From the NCBI GenBank assembly GCA_023818695.1, contig JAMWCF010000002.1, forward strand, positions 66-64,065: a stretch of 64,000 nt of DNA, written 5' to 3'. Shown one piece after another: positions 37,778-46,700 of the stretch. Position 1 is the first letter of the stretch. Every line of letters begins with the position of its first letter. A program made the translations under genes and the position numbers. This DNA is from Candidatus Omnitrophota bacterium (lineage in GTDB: Bacteria > Omnitrophota > Gorgyraeia > 1-14-0-20-64-10). Under the pieces are notes generated by a model. The model made no database searches. It was not told the DNA's origin and was given only the letters and a program-made list of their open reading frames with translations.

Positions 37778-40700
37778 ATGTTAAATAAGTCAATAGAGAG
37801 AAAATATAAGAAAATGAAAACCGAAAACAGGACGACGATCACCTCCGTTTTCGCCGCTGTCACGGCGGCATCTTTCATTCTGACTCAAGTTATCCCGGCC
37901 TGGGCGCTGCGTCCGCAAGGGGCCTCCAGCCCCACCGTCCGGCAGCTTCTGCAGGCCGGTCTGGAAGAGCCGGGCGAGGCCGTCAGTCCCGTCATAATGA
38001 ACCCGAGGGTGAACGCGGCCTGGCAATCGCTGGCTTCAAGGGCCGCCAGACCGGACACGGGGCAGCCCGCCTCCACGCGCGAAATCCTCTGGGATATCAT
38101 GACCCAGATGGGGGTGGTCGATCCGGAACTGGCCGCCGCTCTGCCGGCCCGGCAGGTCCTGGATGAGCAGCTGGCGCAGATGATTCTGACCGCGCCGGGA
38201 CAGAACTGTCTGACCTGCGCCGCCCACGTCGTGGCCAACGCCTCCTTCTCCAGCAATGAGCAGACCTTGCCGGAGCCCTCGCAATCCGCCTGGTTCAACC
38301 AGAACGAGTTTCTGACGGCCCTTTTGATTACGCTGGACCTTTTGAACCACGGCCGGATCCTGTCCATCCCCGGTGAGGACGGCCATGTCCGCCTGGCGAA
38401 TTCCCTCTTGTCGGTGAAGGAAGCGCTGGAGGTGCTCCAGCGGAGACTTCCAGCGGAACGGCACCGGGACTGGACCGCCAGCCGGGTCAGCGCCAAGGAC
38501 CTTCAGCAGCTCCTGTCGCAGGGGGCCACCGTGGTGGCCCATGTCGGAGGGAACCACTTCGTTCACGTTCTCGGCATCGAACGGGGAGAGGTGATCTATT
38601 CCGAACCGGCCGTTGACCGCCTGGACGGCCAGCAGAGAAAGCCGATGGATGAGTTCCTCTCCTGGTGGAAGGGCAGAAGCAACGAGGGGGTCGTCCTCAT
38701 CGACCGGGCCGCGCCGGAAGGGCGGGAGGCGCTCACCGAGAATCAGATGCGTGGGATCATCGGCTGCTGCGGCATCAACTCCGTTTTCGGTCAGTACGGC
38801 GGTATTCGTTCCATTTTAGACGCGGTTTTGCGCCTGAAGTACCGGGCCCCGGACAACACAGGCATCGCCGTCATCTCCGAGGACGGCTACAGGGTGGTCA
38901 AGGCGGGCAAGGACGTGCACGGCCAGGGAGACGGCGGGCCGGATACGATGATCGAGTACATGTATTCCCACCCGATCTATCCGGAAGGTTTTCCACAGCC
39001 GTTCACCATCGTTCCGGGCAACTCATACCAGCCGGACCAAGGTGTCGTTCAGGCGATCCAGGAGTTCATTGACAGAGGCCGCGACGCCTGGAGGCGGTCA
39101 CGGCAGACCTCGAACGCCCAGGAACGGGTGGCGCTCCGGCAGCAGGCAGCCGGTTTCTGGGCCGAGGCCCGCCGCCGGGAGAGAGACTGGCTCATCAGGT
39201 CGGCTGTGCATCAGGCCAGAATGCAGGGGTTTGATCTTCTGCGTGAAGAGGGATTACTGGAGTTTGTTCCCACTCCGACCGACGCGCAGCAGGGCAACTG
39301 GCCCCTGCACGATCTGACCCAAACGCCGTTAAGGGACCTTTTTGAAGGGCGGGTGAGCGTCCAGGCCGGCCGCGTGGGCGGCGTCTGGGCGGGCGATCAG
39401 TTTCTCATCCGGCACGATGAACTGCCGGCGATGGTTAAGGAGATCGGACGTCTCTTCGACCTGACCCCGGAATTCGTCCGGATCTTCCTCAGGGCGGAGC
39501 TGGTCCGCTCCCTGCAGGAGGCAAGGGGATTGCCGGCCGGCAAGGCCCAGGAGATCCTGAAGGTTTACGATCTGCTCTCCAACCGGGCCCTGGCCGGCCA
39601 GATAGAGTCCAAGCACCAGGAGCGGTGGGATGAGGTGATGGACTATTTGGTGGGCCGGTGGCTTTGGATCCCGTCCGACTACAACGTCGATACGGTCCGG
39701 CACACCTTCCGGATGCAGATGGCCTTGATCGGCATGTTTCAGGTCAACGCGCAGTGGCGCGCCGAGGTCGAACGCCGTTTTGAGGAGCGGGTGCCGGGAA
39801 AGGACAAGGACTGGCTGAAATACTGGAAGCGGGAAAGGGATTTGAACACACCGGGCCATGCCTATGCCGCGCTGGTCGACTGGTTCCATGACTGGGCTCA
39901 CGAGCAGAAGGTCGATGTTACCACCCCGGAAGGGGCGGTCGTCGAGGTGCCGCTCCTTGCAAACGAGGTCTACGAGCATATTGTCCAGATCCGTACCCAG
40001 CAGAGGAACACCACCGTCTTCAGCCCGACTCAGCCGACGAAGGGGACCTATCAGCGGGGCTACTCCCTGGGCACCGTGAATGAGGCGACCGTCCGTCTGA
40101 TGGGGGAGGTCATCGTCGGTCACGGCCGGTGGGCCATGACCGGAGATCCCAGCCGGTGGAACGCCCATCCCCACAATACCCAGACCCGCGTTGTCGCCCA
40201 CAACGGGCAGGTGAAGGGGACCACCAACAGCGCTTTGAGGAAAGAGCATAAGGAAGCTCACACCCAGCCGGGGCCGGAAGCCGCCCAGTTCAAGCCTTAC
40301 GAAGCGTATTACTGGGAGGAGGAGGCGACCCCGTCGGGAAAGGCCCGCTACGAGATCGTCACCGACACGCGGACGATCGTCGTCCACTGGGACTATGTGG
40401 CCAAGCAGTTCGAGGTGGACAAATCGGCCGGCCGCGTGCAGGCCGACGGCCTGACGGTCAAGACCGACGTCCCGGGACAGCTCAACCAGAACCGAAACGA
40501 GTTCAACCGAGCCGAGGCCTGGAACAGGGTGGTGGAGAACCTGCGCCGGCAGGGTCGCAAGAACATCAGCGTGGACGAGGTGGCTTTCCGGGTGGCCCTG
40601 ATGGAGATGCAGGACGGTTCCGAGCTGGGAGTGAACGCCAGCAGTCTCCACAATCCGCTGGTCAACTACGTGGTCAGCCACGACCGGCCGGTAGACATCG

Positions 40701-43700
40701 TCCTCCTGGGTGACCGGATCCTCGTGACCTCCGACTACGCCGCCGGCATCGCCCTTTTCCCGGCGCCGGAGGTGGCCCAGGCGGCCCAGACCCTTTCCCA
40801 AATGCAGCAGGATCTTTTGAGGACGCTGGAGCAGTTCCGTGAGCTGCGCGCCTCCGGCCAATATACGGAGGAGATGTATGTCGAGGAGGTCAAAGAAGCC
40901 CTCGCCGATTATGAGAGAAGGGCCGATCCAATCCGGAAGAAATACCAGGTAGATGTCTACCACCTGAAGGAGCTGAACAAGTTCGCCCGGATCACCCGGC
41001 GCGTCGATGAGAAGGGCCAGGCCCGGCTCAACATCGACATCACCCACCTCGACGGCTCCCCCTTGTCCGAGAATGAGGTCAAGAACGAGGCCCGTCTGAA
41101 GAAGGAGACGGTTTCTCCCGAGCTGGGCGTCAAGGGGTCCTACCGGACCTTCATGGAGCTGCACATCGATGAGATCCCAAAGATCCTCCTGGATAACGCC
41201 GTTTCCTACATGACCATCACGGGAGGGCAGGCGACCGCCGTCAACATCCCGACCATAAAAGTCGACAACCTGCGGCAGCGGTTTGGACAGAACCTGCAGA
41301 ACTTGAAGCGGCTCTTCCTGATCGGGGTGGGAAGCTCCTGGCGGGATGCCAAGGTGGCGGAACAGCTGTTCCGCCAGCTTCTGCCCGGCGTGGAGATTCT
41401 GGTCTACGACCCGGTGGAGATCCAGAACCTTGGTATCAAGCTGAATCCCGAAACGGACCTGGCCATCGGCATGAGCTGGTCCGGTACGACGGCCTCCATG
41501 GTGAAGCTTTTCGAAGGGTTTTCCAAGGAAGGGATCGCCATGATGGCGGTGACCGGGAAGCCCGGCTCGACCCTGGCCCAGCTGGGGTCGGACAGCGCCG
41601 GCATGATCGACGTCAAGTCCGGCCCGGAGGCCTCCGTGGCGACGACGAAAGGGTTCGAGTCGGTTCTCTATTGCCTTTGTCTGACCGGCGTCCAATTGAG
41701 CCAGGTCCAGGGGGATCCCTCTCTGGAGCAGGAACGGCGGCTTTTCGTGCAGGATCTCTGGAGAGTGGTGGATCATGTCCACAGCCTGATTGTTGAGCCC
41801 GGCAAGCAGGGGGCGCAGCGGGTGTTGGACAGCAGCGAGGATGTGGATTCCCTCGTCAACCGGGTCGCCCGCACCTGGAAAAACAGGCAGAAGGTCCTGG
41901 TGATCGGCAGCCGCAACAATCCGGTCTACATCGAAGGTGAACTGAAGGCAGAGGAGATCGCCTGGCTGGTCGGCAAGGCGGCCGACATCAGCGATGAGAG
42001 CTGGCGGAACCTTGTTGCCCGGACCGGGGATCCGAATGTTCCGGAGGCGGAACGGGTCGCCACCATCTTCAACATGACCGATCCGGCCCGGTTGGACGAG
42101 TTTATGAGAGCGATCCAGGAGGTGACAGACGCTGGCATCCAGGTGGTGGTCCAGACCTTTGATAAGGACAACAAGCATCTGGCAGCACTGCAACAGCTCC
42201 AGCGGGAGGGAAAGATCGAGCTGGTGATCGTTCCCCGGGTGCGCCTGACCCTGCAGGGTCTGGTGGATGCCCCGCTCTTCTTCCGGTTCTCCCTGGCGCT
42301 GGCCCGGGCGCGCGGGTTGACGGATGCCAACATCGACAATTCCCGCAACCTGGCCAAATCGGTCGTGGTCAGCGGCGCCCGCTCCCTCCAGGAGCTGGTC
42401 CGCACCTCGGCTGCCCGGTACGTCACGATCCAGGAGCAGGCCGGGTATGTTGGAGACGCGGGAAGTAAGTTCAACGCCTACCGACGGCAGATGCCGAGGA
42501 TCTGGGCCAGTCTGCAGTCCGGGCGGGTCCAGGCGATTGCCAGACTGCCCGTTCTCCTCAATGCCGCCGTGAACCGCTGGTTGGAGCCAGGGGCCTCCAG
42601 CATTTTGGCCCAGCCCGCCGACAGGGACCGGGCCCAGAAGCTCCTTGAAGGGTTTATCCAGGCCGCCAAGGCGCCCAAACCGGCGGCGCGGGTGGTGATC
42701 GTGACGGACGAGGAGGCGACCCAATACGCCGGCGAAGCCGCCGTGGGCCCTCTGGGTTCCAGGGAGGTGGTGGTTTCAGGCGAACATTCCGACCTGTACA
42801 ATCCGGACAAAGGGGTCCGCGTCAGGGTCGGGGGCTGGTATTACAGGGTCTTCTATGATCAGGCCCAGAGCCGGTACCGGATCCGGTACGTGCCGGAACT
42901 GAACCCGTTCGCCCAGGGACAGCAGCCGGTCGACACCGACATCACGATCGCCTCGGGACAGGCCTCGGTGATCATCAACGGCCGGGAGTATCAGGTGGAT
43001 CCGCGCTCTTTTGACGTCGATAAAGGCCAGCTGGTCTCCGGCCTTCAGATGAAGGCCTCACAACCGGATCTGCTGCTGGCGGGGACGGAGAACGTCAAGG
43101 TCTACCGCAGCGTCGACCAGGGGATCGATCAGATGGTGGACCAGGGAACGATGGTGGTCCTGGTTTCCCGGGGCCGCAACCGGGGCGCCGCCAACGTCCA
43201 GGTCCCGCCGATCCCATCGGCGCTCACAATGCGATCCCCCCGGGATCTGCCACGGAACCCGGATGAGCAGCCGGAAGACAACATGGTAGCGCTGGCCCAG
43301 CGATTGCGGGACCGCGGCGTGCCTTTTATCACCATCACGGATGATGTTTCCCGCCTGAATGACCCGCAGTTGGACCCGACGCGGGTGACGCACCTGCCGC
43401 TGGGGACAGATGTGGACGACATCAACCTTTATTCCCTCACCTATCTGGGGCTCTTGACGATCGGGGCCCGTGTGGGTGAACTGCTCGGGCGCGACACGGC
43501 CGATTTTCAGGCCTCTTTGAAGACGGTGCCCGGCATGGTGGCCCAGCTGGTGAGCGACCAGTCCATCCGCCGGCAGATGGAAGATCTTCTGCGGGTGCTC
43601 AAGCAGTACCGGAAGATCCACATCATCGGGGGAGGACAGGCCGACGGCAAAGAGTTTGCCCGCCTCCTTTCCATGAACGGCATCTTTGCCGAAGCGCAGC

Positions 43701-46700
43701 TCAACGATTCGGCCTGGCACGGTCCGCTGGCCGCCGTGGACCCGAACCGGCGCAAATACGCGGATCAACCCAGCGATCCGGGATACCGGTTCAAGTACGG
43801 CGTCAACGGCGCCTATTCGCTGGACAACGATACCCTGGTGGTCTTCCTGATGACCGACAGCAAATTCTCCGATTCCTCCATCACCGACGCGCAGGTGTAC
43901 GATTCCAGGAACGGCCGCTTCCTTCTGGTGACATTGCGTGACAACGCCCGGAAACCGGGAGTTGGAGAGCCGCCGAACCTAGTCCGGCGCTCCATCGTCG
44001 AAGCGGGGCCCGTCAAGATATCGCCGATCGGGGAAGCGGAGGTGAACGACCCGAACCTGCAGAATCCGGAGGGGATCTTCTCTATCCCGAACGCTCCCGA
44101 TGCCTTGGGGAACTTCAACGTGGCGGCCTTCGCGGCCCTTTTCAGCGAAGGTTTCCGGGATTTCCACAACCAGGCCGTCGCGGATGGGCCGAAAGACCCT
44201 CCCTCCAGATTCCGTCCATCCGGCTACACCGGCCCGACGCCGACTCCCGCTGTGGACGTTCCGAGCGATTTCCTCCGGCAGCGGATTCGCCCCGAGGCGC
44301 TGCGCCAGCTCGGAGATTCCGGCCTGGGGGACCTGTACCGGATGTACCAGGCCGTCGTGCAGACCGACCAGCCGCAGGTTCGGTTATACCAGGACATCCA
44401 TGACCCGAACCGGACCGCCATCACCATTGCCGTGTGGGACCGCCGGGGTTTGCTGGGGGAGATCGGGGATGCGATCTCTAGGCAGGGGATCAGCATCGAT
44501 AACGATATCAGCGACAACTATCCGGAGCAGGCGTCGGCCGGGAAGAACCGGGTGGCTTTCTTCCTGATCGATGTGCAGCAGCCGCTGTCAGCGGTTCAGC
44601 AAACGGGGGTAGAGCAAGCCATCAGGAAGACCCTGGTTATCCAGCCGGTCGAAGCGGCGCTCATGGCGCAGTATGGGGTTCGCCTCTCCGAGGATGAGAT
44701 TCGGTCGCTGGTGCAGGCCTATCATACTTACTCGGAAGAGGCACCGCTGGCCGCCGGGGCCGGACCATTGCCCGTTCACGTGGAGTTCGGGGAGCACCCA
44801 AGAGCCGCCAACCGGGCCAGACTGTATCTGGTCGGGCCGTCTCGGAATGCCCCGGCGCAGTTCATCCAGGAGGTGTTGAATCAGAGCAAAATCGCAGGCG
44901 TTGTCACTTTCGCGGAAAGATTCCAATACGGCAGTCAAACTCCAGCGGTGACGCTGGCCGTGGCCGAGGTGGAGATGTCGCCGGAGGATTTGTCGAGAAG
45001 CGGGATCCGGGAAGCGCTGGTTCAGAGCTTCCAGGTCTTCTCCGCCGGTTTGGAAGGGCAGTACATCAGCTGGCAGGAGGAGGTGGACAACCACGATCCG
45101 ATCGCCGCCATCCAGACCGCGATCCGGGATTCCACCTTCCTGCGCGCCATCCGTGACGTGAACGTCACGACAGCGCCGGACCGGTGGCGGGCAGCGGAGC
45201 GGTTGAGGGTTTTGCGGCCGGCAGAGATCGAGCAGCTTCAGCGCCAGGGCAACTGGGCGGAGGATTGGTCCCGGGTCCGGATCGCTTCGACGATGACGGC
45301 GGATAACCTGGAGCTGATCCGGAAGAACGAATTCCACGGCGACATCGAGATCGGCCACATCGACGCCGGGACGGTCACCCTGCCGGATAAGGCGAAGAAG
45401 TCAAGGGGGATCGTCGGCTCCGAGCTACGTAACGTCCGCTTGGGATCGAACGTGGCAATCCACCAGGCCGACATCACCAACTACGTCATCAAGCAGAACG
45501 CCGTCGTGGTCGGCACCCGTCTGGTTGCCGATCCGGAGACGACTTTCGGTCTCCAGCAGGCCTATGAGATCGAGAACGAAGCGGGCCGTCGGGAGCTTTT
45601 GGTCTATCCGGAGCTGACCCTCCAGGGGGCGGAGAATCTGGCCGCCCGGCTGCTTTCCGACAAGAAGCTGGCTGCCGATTACCAGGAACAGCATGACCGG
45701 TACGTTCGCCTGGCCAAGTCCAAGTGGGGCATCGTCGAAGAGGACGCCGTGGTCGACCGGGTGGCCGGCGATATCGTGAACACCTATATCGGCAGGGGGG
45801 CCGTCATCGAGCAGGCCCAGCATATCAAGGAAACGGTGATCCTCACCGGTTTCACGCCGGTCGAGTTGAAGGAGCTGCAGGATCTGGCCAGCGGCGCCGT
45901 GACCAGACCGACGCTCCTGCCCGGTCTCGCTTTGAGGACGCTGGAGGTAGCGCCCAAGGTCAAGAAGAACGCCCTGAAGGCTTTGCGCGAGAACCCCGAG
46001 GTCGCCATGGCCCTGTTGCTCAAGGACCAGCGACCGGTCATCAAGAGCGCCGCTCAGATCCAGTTCGCGGTGATCAAGCAGGGGGTCCATGTTGCCTCCG
46101 CGGCCCAGCTAGTCAAGATCTTCGCGGACGAGCACTCCACTTTCGAAGAATCGGTGAACGTGACCAACATGTATGCCGGTCCGGACAGCTTCTTTGCGAA
46201 GGGGGAGTTCGGCTCGGTTCTGGCGGAGGCCTTCGTGGTCAGCCATCACAAGGGAGCTTTGAGTCTCGGCAACCTGCTTCGGCTGGGGATCAACATCGGA
46301 TCTGCGGGGCAGACCTCCAACCACGATGGCTACGGGCCGGACCAGGAGGCAATCATCGCCCGGGGGACTTTCATCGGGACCGGCGTCATCTTCGTCTACC
46401 CGATTAACCTGGACAAGTCGCCCCATTCGCTGCTGCAGACCCAGATTAAGCTGTCTCCCAGACAGAAGGTGACTTTCCCCGCCATGCTGATGGGCAAGCC
46501 GGATCCGGGGGTCCTCTCGCAGATCGGTGCCAGGTACCGGGACTACAACGAGGTGGTGCCCGGCTGGGTGCTCGACAGGATGCCGTACCTCCTTTTTCGG
46601 AACCAGGACAAGTGGCAGGCCCGGCAGAACGCGCTCCGGTACCAGTTCGATTTCAACATCCTCCAGCCGGACATCGTGGACTGGATGCGAGAGGCGAGGG

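Noticed and set aside
39329-42724. 1131-aa ORF on the minus strand inside giant gene A. Similar antisense ORFs lie at 43058-43768, 44588-45358, 45425-46090 and 46109-47014.
   Set aside because: These are antisense shadows of a GC-rich coding strand. The translations are dominated by Arg/Gly/Pro/Asp/His/Leu runs and show no recognisable motif, no start context and no hydrophobic core pattern. The + strand frame carries clear GlmS/SIS motifs.
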